From: Ascidiella aspersa
Taxonomy: Eukaryota
DNA length: 64,000 nucleotides
NCBI GenBank assembly: GCA_963924565.1
Contig: OZ004608.1
Coordinates: forward strand, 13,640,001-13,704,000
Direction of reading: 5' to 3'
The notes beneath the pieces were generated by a model. That model did not search any database. It was given only the letters and a program-made list of their open reading frames with translations, and had not been told where the DNA came from. The translations under genes were made by a program, and so were the position numbers. Below are positions 1 through 13,373 of the stretch, in pieces. Position 1 is the stretch's first letter, and every line of letters starts with the position of its first letter.

Positions 1-331
1 ACATTTGGCACCGACGTGGTTTGTTTCGCCAAATGTGCCACATACGTGGTGAATTGGTGATGAGCTATAGTAAACAATACCACAGTAAAGGTTAAGGCAA
101 CGTATGACAGAATAGCATTAGGTGTTCCGGGACGTGGCTGCTTAATGACGCTTAATTAACTTTCAAATATAAAGATTGTCTAGTTCAAAATATTGATTTT
201 AATTATATCGAACGTTACGAGCTGGTATTCCAGTTTCAAAGGTATCAGTGTTTTAATTGTGCCGTTTGCTATTTTTAAGAATTGGATATTTGCTGTGTTA
301 CAATTTAAGATCGCACTATTTATTTTTTTAG

Positions 332-3300
332 ATTCCCAGCAAATTGAAAGAAACTTTCCGGCAATACAAAGAGAACCTTGAGCGAAAACTTAAAGAAGAG
401 CAGAAAGTGGTAAAACTACTGTTTGTGCGTTTATAAACTTAAAACCGTATAACTATAATAAAAAAACAGCTCTTCGAATAATTGTACTTAGTTTGCCGAA
501 ACGTTGATTAAGAATAACAATTATCAGAAGAGCTGTTTTTTTATTAATATTACTATGCCTGGTAGCGACAGTTTACATGTGTATAAGTAAGTCAATCACT
601 GAAAAGTGTAAGGCACTGAATGTTTTTTTTTGCTGATAAATTTTTGCTACTAGTCTTAATTTGCCGTGTACTTCAGATCGGCCAAGCCCGTCGCCTAAAG
701 AGCGCCAAAGAGCACCACGGGTCGGATAGCGAAAGACGGAGAAGAAAGTTGGAAGCGAGAAAGGTGCGAGTCTCTTGCCAAAGATTGTCTTGTCATTAGG
801 GATGTCCTATATTATCAGATCAAAACCGATACCTAATGCCAAGTTATAGCATTGGTACTTGTCAGATACTGCGCAGTTATTGTCGGTGATTCGATATCAA
901 ATTATTTAGTGCATTTCAGTCGTGGTAAGCAGTATAACGCAGCGTTTACCATAAGAAGTTATTTTTTCTAAATAATACGTTATTAACTTAAGGTAAGCAA
1001 AATCAAATTTTATCCTTAAAAGTTCTAACCTAAAAAAACATTACTTCAGCACGTTTTGACAATTAGGTTACGTATTTACCCAATAGTGTAAACTATGGTA
1101 TCGGTTCGGTCTTCCGTATTTTTTATCGAAAATATTAAATATCAGTCTCTAAAAAATATATCGGTCATTCCTACGTAATTGTTAATTGTAATTCTAAAAC
1201 GACGTTTTGTTTCTAGAAATCTATGAAGAAACTAGAGGTGCTTGATGAGCCTTCGGAAAATACGAGTAAGGCTTTTCTTTTAACACTCATCGTCTTATAT
1301 TTTTAAAGACGGACTTTCCCACAATATTTTTAACAGTATGCCTTAAAACATTTATAATAAAGTAGAAAATCCCATGTTTCAAAGGCGCCTTATGCAGTGA
1401 ATGTGGCCTACAAATGCCATTTTCTTCAATTGGATCCGAAAAACGTAATTTAGGTTAATTGATTGCTAGTATCAGTTTGGCTGCACGATTTTTATATTAA
1501 GCTGTTGTGCTAATTCGTTGCCTGTACTATACATCCGCTCGCTTTGATGGCAGTTTTCGATTATCCTAATATAGTCCAGAAGCAATGAATTTAAACATTA
1601 AATTTAAGCTGTTTGCGACATGGTAAAATGGGGATATCGTTTTAAGGCCTAACATCGTTTTTAGGCTAAGTATCGTTTTTAGGCCAAAATTTTGATAAAC
1701 ATTTAATGTGTTCAGTAGTGTTTTAACCGCAGAATTTAAATACAGTGTAGTTATTTACTTGGGAAACGAAAACGATAGCCTTGTAAATTAAAAAACAAAA
1801 TAAATGGTAGTTATATTTTTGTCTCTACTTTCAAATGACTTTATAAGCGGTATGTATGCTGTTGTTTATGTATGATATGGACCAGACGCTTATTCCTGTC
1901 ACGAACTTGTTTTAGGCGCCAATTCACCAACAACCCCGGTGGCACCACCCAGTGGCGGAAGTACACCCGGTAAGAAAAACATTTATTTCAGTTTTTATTA
2001 TACTTTTGCATTCACAAGTTTACTACTGACACTTGCCTGAAACAATGACACCTAACTTGTTTACTTTGTTACTATTATTTATTTTAAAGTTATGGTATTC
2101 TCTGTTCAAAACATATTTTTATAAGAATGACCAAGAAGTTTTACGAGTTATACATTTTACTAAAAAAGAAGATTTTAAAACGTTGTGTAATTTACAGTTT
2201 ACCCTATTATGTAAAAATCCTATGCTGGGCCTCTTTATTTTTACCACCGGTGCAAAGTTGATTTTACCACTCACATTTCACACTTCACGCCCCAAAACCG
2301 CAAGCTTTGTTTCTATAATATTAGTGCGATATAGTAAGTTTTTATTGTGTCAGTTCTGTTATCACACGTTCTCACTTTTAAGACATTTTCACTTGTTTAC
2401 GGAAGTTAGTCACTGCACATTCGCCATGGCTGCTTACAACTTGTATAAAAATGTGTGAAATCCTGACGATTTTTTTTTCTTCATCAGCATCGACATCGTA
2501 GTGTACAGAACAATGCCAGGTTTGTGTTGTTTTCGCTTCGGTGTTGTGTGCATGCCAGTGTAATCTCACAATAACACTGTACACATGATGATGAGTAACC
2601 TCACAGTCACCAACACTCCTTTACCGACTGACATTTTACGTTAATAAAAAGCACGGACTTTTTTTTATAATTTGTTCGTATATGTCACTTTGTATATACA
2701 CAAGCACTTTTGTATGTACATTACTACCGTGATGCACGCGCTTGCTTGTGTATCCTAGTTGTACACAAATTGTGAATGCGACAGTTTATTACCGGCACGT
2801 TTTTCGTTTTTTGTGTTATGTTTGCCTGCGGGTTCGCATGATATGCTCCCTATCTATGCGACCCTACCCGCACGAAAAGCATTTTTTTCCTGCTGCATGT
2901 ACACAGTTGAGTTTTCAGTAAAAAAAAAAATCAGTAAACATGGCATATTACCTCAGTAAAGCTAAAATATTATTATTAATAGTTAAATAACGTAAATCAT
3001 TTTTTTTTTAATCTAAACTATTTTTATCTATTTTTTTATCCAACAACTCCATAAAGCTTACAAATTGCTTTGTTAGATGATGGATTTTTGTTTCCTTCGT
3101 TTCTTATAATCACATTATAAAATTCCACTCGAAATTTTATATTCGGCCCGCGATGGCCAGTCCCTACAGTTCTCCATCCATTTAGGAAATAATTTTTATG
3201 AAAAAAAATTTAAAGCAATTGATAACCCCTTCCATAGTCAAAAAACCATCTGTCATAACGATCGCAAACTTAATTTCCTATTTCTTTTCAAAATGTCGCT

Positions 3301-4366
3301 ACAGTTTTCCATCTATTTAGAAAATATTTTTTATTAAAAATAATTTTAAAATAATTGGTGACCCCTTTCATGTTCTAACGCCATCTATGATCTGATATTA
3401 CGATCGCAAACCCAATTTCCCATTTCTTTCCAAAATTAGTACAAGGCATCCCACCACCTCCCACACCTTTTTCGGCGATCCCTACAGTTCTTCTCCATCC
3501 ATTTAGAAAATAATTATTAAAACAGTAAAGTTTTTATTGACTCCTTCCATAATCTAGCGCACATCTTTTGAAACGATCGCAAACCTAATTTCCCATTTCT
3601 TTTTAAAACTTCCTAGCACAAGGCATCCCACCACCTCCTCTACCTCATTCGGCGATCCCTACAGTTCTCCATCCATTTAGGAAATAATTTTTATCAAAAA
3701 TAAATTAAAATTGATTGGTGACCCCTTCCATAGTCTAACACCCATCTTTTGAAACAACCGCAAACCTCATTTTCCTACAGTTCTCCATCCATTTATGAAA
3801 TAATTTTTATCAAAAAAAAGTAATTAGTGACCCCTTCCATAGTCTAACACCCATCTGTCATAAACGATCGCAAACCTAATTTTCCACCTACACCCCTTTC
3901 GGCGATCCCGACAGTTATCCATGCATTTAGGAAATAATTTTTATAAAAAAAGAATTCAAAGTAATTGGTAACCCTTCCATAGTCTAACGCCCATCTGTCA
4001 TAAAAACGCAAACTTGATTTCCATATCTTTCTAAAAGTCCCTACAGTCAATTTTTATCAAAAAAAGAGCTATTGGTAAACCCTTCCATATATAGTCTGAC
4101 ACCCATCTGTCATAACGATCGCAAACCTAATTTCCCATTGCTTTCCAAAATTCGTAGCACAAGGCATCCCACCACCTCCACCTCTTTCGGCGATCCCTGC
4201 TCCTCCAACTTCCATCGCCATCTCTCCTGCTCCCGCTTCTCCTCCGGCTGAAACAGGAGGAGGCGGAGGGGCGGGCCGAGGAGCTCTTCTTAACTCAATC
4301 CAGGGATTTAAGAAAGGAGGCTTGAAGCGGCAGGAAACCGACGACAAGTCGGGACCTCGCGTGTGA
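332..4366 (+). CDS. PXK: PX domain-containing protein kinase-like protein, 3' exons (5' part outside window)
   Basis: Exons 332-409, 677-763, 1217-1265, 1916-1969 and 4158-4366 join in phase through GT-AG introns. Translation: IPSKLKETFRQYKENLERKLKEEQKVIGQARRLKSAKEHHGSDSERRRRKLEARKKSMKK, then a Pro-rich linker, then GRGALLNSIQGFKKGGLKRQETDDKSGPRV*. This matches the PXK C-terminus (HHGS-RRRK segment, polyproline, terminal WH2 domain). Confidence 0.9.
797..1173. mobile_element. Degenerate hAT-like MITE in PXK intron
   Basis: Imperfect inverted termini TAGGGATGTCC...GGTCATTCCTA with internal ATATCGG/ACCGATA motifs; no clear TSD. Confidence 0.4.
2488..2501 (+). CDS. Putative alternative terminal exon of PXK (adds ASTS* and drops the WH2 domain)
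   Basis: Strong acceptor CTGAC-(T)n-CTTCATCAG ending at 2487, phase 1 compatible with exon 1916-1969, stop TAG at 2499-2501, AATAAA at 2643-2648. Confidence 0.5.
3160..4200. repeat. Degenerate tandem array of ~120-180 bp units spanning the last PXK intron/exon junction
   Basis: Motif CCCTACAGTTCTCCATCCATTTAGGAAATAA recurs near 3161, 3298, 3480, 3657, 3774, 3907 and 4039. Several units also carry AG-(C/T)ACAAGGCATCCCACCACCTCC, the start of the terminal exon. Confidence 0.9.
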
Positions 4367-6104
4367 TTTCGTTTCAGATTCAGATTGCCTAAGAAATGAA
4401 TATGCACGATGTCGGCAATGATCGAACTGCCGTAAAAAGCCGTTTTTGTATCGTCTTGTTTTTTTTAATTATGCGCCTGATTGGTGTAAGTGAAACGGCA
4501 AGGTGTTCCCCAAATCGTCATTATGTCGCTTCTGTAATTGTCCTTGCGTAGCTGCGATCACGCTTTGTTATGTTTTTTTCTTAACGTGAAACAGCTTTCA
4601 AGCGATTCATATACTTAATGACTTTCTATTATATTTATTTGGGCGTTCCGCTCGAAATCTTCATGGATTATAAAAAATCGCACGTGAAGAGCGACCTTTT
4701 GAACCAGTTTTCCTCAAACTGCCACGCATATTCTGTGTTCCGTTCCGTTCAAATGTACACCGTGTTGTGTAAGATATTAGTCCAACAACCGGAGGAATTT
4801 CACAAAAAATAGGTTATTTACAGCATTCTATCAATTTATCATATATCACAGGGACGACTCCCAAATTCATGTCACTTCACTTATATGTAAATCTGTGATT
4901 TTGTGTTGTTAATTTAACGATGTTTGATTTTGCGCAACGTATATTACGTTGGGCTTATTTAAAATCAGAATACCCGAAAATTAGCCGCTAGCAATTGCTA
5001 AAATCACCGCCTATATTATGTTCCACTGTCATCAGTCGCATTTATTTTCGAAATGGCCTAAATTGGCAATTTATGTACCAACTTATGTAACGTTTACTTT
5101 TAGTGTATGATTGCTGTATTTCGTTCTTCGTTGTGCAATATATTCTGATGATTTGTTGCCAGTTTTTAGCATATTTCTTTGTGATTTCAAATACATATGA
5201 TTTTCCACAACTGGGGCGTTTTTAACTCGTATGTTTTTTGCAGTGGCATGCAGACATGAGCTGTAGTACCGAGTGGCAAACTTATATAATTAAAATACTA
5301 AATGAGTATTTTTTGCGGTATGCCCATAATAGCATGACCATTGGGGATCTTTTAGAAAAATAAATACAGATTTGTTTAATAGCGCATTCCGTGTATTGAC
5401 GCCTTTTCTCATTTTGTGGCCATATATGCCGAGAAAATGGCCCATATTTAAATTAGGGTTTTGTCAACAAAGAGTAAACAAAAATATTCTTTGTGGGAAC
5501 AATCATTTCATGCTGCCCAAACTTCACAAAAACACGCCTTTTAACAAACATTGGTAAATTTAAAACTAAATTTCTAGCGTTTTCGCAAAACGTTTTAACA
5601 TTTTTAGCGTAATTTCCATGACTACCATCTCACAAATCCGCGCTAAATTGCAATATCACTGCCAATTTTTCCCTTCGGCTGCATATCCGTGAACAGCAGT
5701 GTTACCTTATGACGTGGCCAAAACAGAGTGATTTACACTTTGTCCATGCTGTTTTCCCCCTTCAATTTTTGGACAACGACCGGACACCTTAATTTATTTT
5801 AGCAAGACAAGGTTGACCTTTTAAATATAGCGCTATTAACAGTTTTTCGGTTATACTTTGCTTTTAAACTATTTTTGTGCACTTTTGCTAGGCGTAAGGT
5901 TTTTATGAAAATGACACTCTTTTTCGGTATGCTTGAGTAACTCCTCCATAGGAACTACTAATTAATGTAATTGTTACTTGTCAGCTGTATACCGGTTTTA
6001 TTGTGCCGGCTACAGGTGTTGTGGTTTGCTATGCGAAGTAGACTACAGTTTTAATATAATATGCTTATTTTATGGAGAATAGCCTGTTGCATAGTTGACG
6101 CTAG

Positions 6105-6583
6105 TCTAGAATCCTACCACAACGAACATTGATTAAGATAGGGTGCGCTGACCAGAAGCTACACAGCACAAAAGCCATCACAAAGAAATACAAAGGCCAA
6201 AATAAACATATCTACGACAAAAATTAAAAAAAAAAATACACCACAATATTAAGAATTGCCTATACATTATAAATTTAATAAAAAATTATAAAAATTAAAA
6301 AAAATATTAATATTCATAATTAATATTTGCAATAAAATAAGGAAAAAAAGCTTGATCCATTATTTTACCAAACAAATTCGGGTTGCACAAGAAAATACCT
6401 TTCCAGTGATATAAAACTTGCTATAAGTTGCGGGTTAGTGCTTGTGTTTGGGTAAGTTAGGCAATTCATTGTTAAATAATAAATATAAAACTATTGACAC
6501 ACCCAAACACTAACAGACACCCTTATCCAAATATTAGGCGTTGTTGTAATAATTGTTTGAAAGCTGTGGTATAGGATTCTAGA
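6105..6583. mobile_element. Foldback-type MITE
   Basis: Termini TCTAGAATCCTACCACA / TGTGGTATAGGATTCTAGA, plus internal inverted arms GTTAGTG...TGTTTGGGT / ACCCAAACACTAAC. Confidence 0.6.
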
Positions 6584-6810
6584 ACAGAGTGCCGCATACG
6601 TTATTGTGGTTTATAACTTTATTTTATGAAAGTTAACCTGTTTACATAATTAAAGGGTGCGGTTATATATTCTTGATGTAAAGTAAAAATGTTGTTTCGA
6701 ATATCAATTTCAGGAGAGTTTAATTTAGTTATCTAACCAGTTTGTTGAAAAATACCACTTCTTTATAAATTAGATTTCTGCCAATTTAGATACGACAGTT
6801 ATACTTATAT

Positions 6811-7022
6811 CACAGTGCAAAGTATGGAAGTAAACAAGTTTTTACAACAGGCCCAACTGCACCCCTAAAATTTAAATATGCACCTTGATTTTCTCATGCT
6901 AAACAAACAGGGTGCACCTTTGACTCATGAGTGTTTCAGTATTTTGATGCACCCAGTTACCCTGAGCTGTTCTGCTACGGACTGGTAAGATCTCGTCAAG
7001 GTCTGCCAATTTTTCTAGCTTG
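6811..7022. mobile_element. MITE, same family as 33269-33474
   Basis: Shares TGCACCCCT...TTAAATATGCACC and AGATCTCGTC..G.TCTGCCAA with the copy at 33269. Confidence 0.6.
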
Positions 7023-7171
7023 GTTCATATATAACACAACATATTAGAAAGCTAAAATGTTGTTACATATATTATAAATTGTTACCACATTAGCTTGTTA
7101 TAAAGGCATGGCAGTGCTGACTTTATTTGATACATGTAGCAAAATAGGTTTTATTTAGTAAAAAAATTAGT

Positions 7172-10100
7172 ATGGGTTCTGGGGCCTTCGTTGCAGCATC
7201 ATTGGTGGCTTTGATGGCTGTCGGGTCAGTATTTTTTGGTGAAAACCTGTGCTGTTTAATGGGTACTCTCAGTCTGAACAATATTTTTTATGAGGACAAT
7301 TCAATAGAGAAGCAAGTTGCACATGCTTGGAAGAAGGCTATTCAATCTCCTAAGATTCAATTTAAGCGCATAGCAGTTGGGTAAGTTTCTGGTAATATAT
7401 AACAAATGAAACCAGGAAGAGAATCTAGAAATTATAATTTATTTTGTGTTGCAGACTCAATGGTGATGTAGATTTGATAGTCCAAGGTTCGGAGCTATTG
7501 ATGACGTTGGATCCAAAGTCAAACTCGTCTTCGGAAGAGAGTATTGATCACAGCAGTCTTGGAAGCATCAAAGATCTCCGACAAACATTTAAGTACTTCC
7601 TTTCCAAGGGGGCTGGAGGAGAACGTTTCATGGATAACTTAAATGATTTTAGAGATGTCCTTAAAGCTGCAAAATCAATCAAATCTGTTGAGGTATTTTT
7701 TTGTCTATACTATTAATTAAAGTATGGGATATGTAACTTGATATGAATCCTTGTGAAGATTCACTCTTAAAATAATTTATATTTTTATAGTGGTAACAAG
7801 TAGTAGACTCTGAAATGGTTTATAAATGTATTTAAATGACTATAAATACACTTTGAACATCACCTTGTTTTGTTTAGATGGGTAGCAGATCTCAAAATAT
7901 ATGTATCACTTAATATTTTTTCGATTGGCATTTAAAAAAACAATATTTTTAACATTTTAAAGCACATTGTTACAACTTAGGCATTTTATATTTGTTTGTA
8001 ATTGCTCTTTATATTTGTTATGTTTGCAGACAATTATGTAACAGTTTTGCTTTCATATTTCTCTTGTAAAGTACTATGTTGGTGGAAATGCAGCTCTTAT
8101 GGCCAATTCCCTAACCACTATGATGGGAACTTTGGGAAATGTTACATTGGGTGCCCCTGTTGGACCCAAGCTTAAACCCCTGTTGCACCAAAAGCTACAT
8201 GTCGCCAAAGACCTTCAAGTGGATGAAGATGAGTATCACATGATTCTTGAATACCAAAAAGGAGAGAGGTATGTTGCAGTAAAGATATTTTTACTGTGTT
8301 TTATGTACACAATATATTAACAGGGTTTGCGAAAAAAAAATATTTTTGTTTAAATATCAAGGAAACGATTGACATTATTGCATGTTAGCAACGTTGTTTT
8401 TTAGTAACTAAATAGAACTATATATTTTTTAAATTGTTTTATACTATTAGGACAGAAGCCAGTGTTGCTTGCAGATTTTTTTGCTTAGTCTGCTTTGTTT
8501 TTAGGTGGGCTGGGGTTGAAGCTCCCATTGCGTCAAGGTTTATTTTTTCGCATGATAAGAGCAACTCAGAAATGAAAGCCTTTGAATTGTTTTTGAAAAG
8601 TCTTAAGGATTTTAAACCAGATCTTTTAGTCATATCAGGTAAATTTGTTTTGACTTGTGTTGTCTATACCTACAAAAATTGTTACAAGTTTGTTTTGTTT
8701 CTTAACATTATTTGTTGTTCTCAGGGTTTCATTTACTGGAAAGCAATTCAGTGACATTTTGGGAAAAACGGATCCTACAAATAGCGGACTTATTAAAAGA
8801 AATACCCAAATCTCTTCCTATCCACGTTGAACTAGCATCAATGAGCAGTGACAAATGCATGGGTGAAATTATAAAGCAAGTAAGATAATTCTTTGTTGTC
8901 ATTAAATAAACAAAAGTAAAAGTAAATTTAAATTAGAGGGTTAAATATTGCCTTGCAGACACAAAATAGTCTCTACTTGAAATAATTTCTTCTGTACCAG
9001 AACAAAATTATTTTCAGTATATGCTACCTATGGCTGGTAGCAACAGCATATTTAGGAAATAGTCTCCTGTGAATTTTCAAATGACTTGCAGTTTCCATTT
9101 CATTATCATCGCATTTAATTTCGTTGCATGAAAACCATATGCTTTGATCGCCGTATTTATTTCTACGTAATTGCTTACAGTTCCTGGTTTAGAAAGTAGC
9201 TTTGTTTTGCACTGATAGTTTCGTTGCTGTTCGTTTAAACCAGGGGTTCCCAACCTGTGGTACGCGTACCACTAGTGGTACGCGAAGGTTTTTCAGGTGG
9301 TACGCGAGTAGCTTTTGTTTTTTTTTGACAAAAAGCTGGTTTCACAACTTTAGATTTTGTTGGTTTGTTTATAAAAAAAATTCCTGAAGCCTATTCCTAT
9401 TATTATGTAACTATTCCTGTTGTTTCGTATCGTTACGATCTTTAAAGTACAGGCCGTTTCAATTTTCAACAAGGAGCACAGTTGCTTTGAAATGCCGTCC
9501 AACGCTGTGGGACAATGGGCGTTAATTATGTCAAATGATTGCTCTTGATCAGGGATGGGCAATACCTAAAATGTTGTGGCGGGCCTGGTCAAAAATAGGA
9601 TCTCAAATACGGGCTATATGACGTCATATTGACACTATAAAACAAATAAGCTAACGAACTTGTTATAACGTGTAGTTCTGCTAAAATTTGCAATTCAAGC
9701 CTAATTTGAAGAAGACGTCGCGCGAAGCGCGAAATAATTGCACCTATGTTTGTTTTAAAATGCCAACTTTAATTTAGATTTAGTGGGGGCATGACGCATT
9801 GAGCACAGATAAAAAATGTAGCCTACATATCTTTTTGACATATTGGCATCTATCAAGGTGTAGGGCGCGTTGACCCAAAAGTTAAGATTAAAATACATAA
9901 AAAAATTTCACTAAAAATTACCATGTTTTTTTTGCCTTTTGAGGCTTTAAGTTACCGATGTGATACCCGGTACAACGGCCATATTAGAAAGACGGCATAA
10001 CTCGGGAGAAACACACAACATTCATTAACTTAATTAGGTTGACAAAATGTGAATCGGTATGTTTAAAGTTTAGAAAAGGGCTGGCGGCTGGTGTTTAGTT

Positions 10101-13100
10101 CATATTTTAAAGACGGAATACATTCGAGGATAAGTTTGTTAAACTTTTGTTGGAGAGAACACTATAATGCATAGGCCGCTTTTGACTGTAAAAATGCCAA
10201 AAAACGCGTGGCACTGACGAGAAAGACAGAAGAGATTCGCTCGAAGCGCGATAATAATTTCCATTTTAGTATTTAAAACGGGCCAAAAATGTTTTGCGTG
10301 GTCAAAACTAGATCCATCTCTGGAAAGAGTGTTTAAGATACAACCAAACATGTATAATTCGCCCTTGTTTTGCTTATATGCACTTTAGGAAAAATAAGCC
10401 GCGGCCCGGATTAAATCGCTCGGCATGCCGCCAAGCGGGGTGTATGTTTGCTCTTGATAGATGTCATCTACTGTTTTATAGCTTCAGCTACGTATAGCGT
10501 TGAATAATACTAGTAAGCTAAAAATAGATCGGAACAAAATGTTCAAAATAGTTGTTCTGCAAGAAGTGGGACGCGTGGCAGTACAAAGCATCTAAGTGGT
10601 ACGAGATCGTTAAAAGGTTGGGAACCCCTGGTTTAAACATACCGGAATGGTACAGGGCACATACTGTGTTACACTTGTTTCATCACGCAAATCTAACATC
10701 ATGCACTGCCGCTTAAATTAATACGCTTAATGCTGAGCCCATTTCTCTCCTATTAATTAAGGAAATGAGATCGAACGCGATATTAAACAAACCAGATATG
10801 TTTTTAGCGTCATCCATAACTGATTAAACTTCGCAATTAAATCAATCAGCGGAACTGTCCAATTAGCTATTTAGTGCGTAATCACGCTTCATTATCTTTA
10901 GTTAAAAGCTTTTCCTACATATTTTCTAGCCGCGTTTTGTGCGTGTATATAGAAAGCTTGTTTATTCGTTAGGGTCGTAATTTCAGGTTTGGTGACTGCA
11001 CAGTATTAGCTCGTACATTTTGATCAATCCTTGATTCATTGGGAGTTAAATGGTACACTTTCGTTGCTGTGTAAGCCTGTGCATCTAATAAGGATTATAA
11101 GAACTGTTTTACATAGCGGCTATGTTATATTTTTGTTTAATAGCCTGTTCAGGTGATGTCACATCAACTTGTTTGCGGTATTACTGGCGCACAAGAAAAT
11201 CCACAATTGCAACGACTTGATTGGCATTCACTTCACGTTCAGTCCTATTACAATGCGCAAATAGGTCGAATATGAAAAAATCATTAAAATGAGCAGTGAC
11301 CAACCAGTTAGGAGACCAAGAGCCACATTTCTTACTTGGTTAACCACAAAGAGCCACACTTCCAATGTGAAAATAAATGAATATCACCGCGTTTCTTTCT
11401 TGCCTACACTCAAACATTTTCTCAGCTAGATTTATTATATTGGTTGTACATAATAATGTGTAGGCTACATTTAAGAGAACTTTTATTTACACTACAGGCT
11501 TTTCAAGTAAATTTCAAAGTTACTAAGATATGTTTACTTGACTCTACAAAAACTAACACGATCTAAAAATTGGTGGATTCCGTATCCTTTTTTAAGGCAT
11601 CGTAAAAACGGAAGACCTAGTATGAATATGTTAGTTTGTAGTGAATTTAGTCAATTGACCTACTAACTAAAGTTTTCAGTTTGAATTGTTGTTCAGCAAT
11701 GAACTAAACTTCACTTGAACTCATACGTGTGATTTTCTAAAGGAAGTGACTTGAATACCGCATAAGCATTTTTGGCAATAATTTAGTTCAATAAGACGAA
11801 ACAAGAAAAATGTAAAAAAATAAATTGTTTGATACAATATTTTTCATAGAGAAATTTTACAGTCTCAATTTTTGACGGATTTGAATCGTACCTGCGCGAG
11901 CCATTTTTTTAATGGACTCATACTTTGGTAACCACTGCCTAAGGTGTTAGAAAATAAGACACACGACGTATTTATGCTGGCTATAGATTTCTCATAACGG
12001 GCTAAGACGTATTGAAAAGTTTGACGCGCACTACTCACTTTAAAGTACTATTCAACATAACTGTTAGCTTAGCATTGGGAAGTACCGAGGCATAAAAATT
12101 ACGTCACAACAGGCTAAATCGACGCTTTTACGTGAAATCGCAAGTGTTGCGAAAAATTACAGGTTGTTGTCCGTTATTACATTGCTTGAAAACCGGTTTG
12201 CCTCGACACGCCTTTTTCACGAAAAATTAGCCGTTCTTTCGTGTAAAGTAAATCTAATATTCAGTTAAGTATAGAAATTGCATTCGATTGCGCTATTATA
12301 ACATCAATAAGTCTTAAGATATTTCCGACATGCTTGAAAAAATACCATATTTGTCTAATGAAAAGACGCCATTGCTGTATAGCCATAACCTATATAACGC
12401 GATGATTGCAGTAAAAAAAAAAAAAATTGCTCAAACAACCATTTTTCAAGAGATTAGCTCCACTTGACACTACATGGCTACCCTGTATAATTTATCAAAA
12501 TTTCAAAAGATTGCGTTAAAATAATTATGGCTTCGTGAGATGGACAGTCCTGCTGCTTTTTCGGGAAACGTCCTATCATTCGCTGTGCGGTGCGTGTGAA
12601 AAAAAACAACTTTTGACTGAAGTAATTTATTAAGGCTTTTAAACGAAACTTGATTTGTGCATAGCATTTGAGGATTGAGATGTAGTGCAGGCCTTCACCA
12701 CCCTATAGATTTCTGTATTTGTTTAAAACGATATGCTTTCCACCGCTTTAAATCGTTTCGTACTAATTACCTAAATACAATTTATATCGTAAAGTAAAGT
12801 GTTTCGCACTTGCAGATCCTACCTCTCGTCGACTCGATCGGCCTCAACGAGCAGGAGCTCTGGATGATTTGCAAGATCGGGGGCGGGCCCCATTGCGCGA
12901 AGGGGAGTCTTCCCGGTCCCCCCGCTGTCGCCGTGGCCAGTGACGTCATACACTGGATGATCGACTCCCTCGCTTCGGCGCCTGGCTCGCGTCTGACTCG
13001 TGTCCATTTCCACACGCTGACTTACCACGTCGCGGCCACGGTCGAGTCGTCGCCCTGGGACAACCAACTCGCCGCCGTCGTGGCCGGTACTCGGATCGCC

Positions 13101-13373
13101 GCTACTCAGGCCTGCGACGACTCGGTCCTAGTGCCCAGCAAAGTCGAGTTGAGGCTTTCGGGCGAGTTCGCCCTTTCCGCCGACCCGAGTCAGCCTGAGT
13201 TGACGCGCGTTCGCGAGTTGGACCCGCAGGATCCGTTCGTGTCCTGGCGACGCTCCGCGTACGAGTTCAACTTTAGCCCGGTACTCGTTTGCCGGCGCCC
13301 GGTCAAGACCGTAGGCCTGGGAGACGCTATTTCAGCCACAGGCCTCTTTTACTCCGAGTTCAATGGGAGGTAG
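7172..13373 (+). CDS. ADPGK: ADP-dependent glucokinase (~496 aa, 6 coding exons)
   Basis: Exons 7172-7380, 7455-7692, 8072-8268, 8505-8638, 8725-8879 and 12816-13373 total 1491 nt in frame. N-terminal hydrophobic anchor; motifs GLNGDVDLIV, YYVGGNAALMA, HMILEYQKGE, RFIFSHD, IHVELASM, DSIGLNEQEL, RVHFHTLTYH and KTVGLGDAISATG. Confidence 0.96.
9241..10630. mobile_element. hAT-type MITE with perfect 8-bp TSD, containing a nested MITE (9550-10450)
   Basis: TIRs CAGGGGTTCCCAACC / GGTTGGGAACCCCTG flanked by GTTTAAAC on both sides. The inner element starts CAGGGATGGGCAA and is flanked by CTCTTGAT on both sides. Confidence 0.9.
11294..11937. mobile_element. Degenerate hAT-like MITE
   Basis: Termini CAGTGACCAAC / TTGGTAACCACTG; TSD not conserved. 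Confidence 0.45.

Noticed and set aside
2585-2630. Possible C/D snoRNA (ATGATGA...CTGA); similar motif at ~43789
   Set aside because: Too short or interrupted, with no terminal stem and no recognisable rRNA antisense element.
6811-6830. CACAGTG/CACTATG termini suggesting Transib or RSS-like ends
   Set aside because: The related copy at 33269 has an 8-bp TSD rather than 5 bp, and no matching right-hand heptamer or nonamer is evident.
4367-7171. PXK-ADPGK as a trans-spliced operon
   Set aside because: The 2.8-kb gap contains MITEs, and nothing in the sequence alone supports polycistronic transcription.
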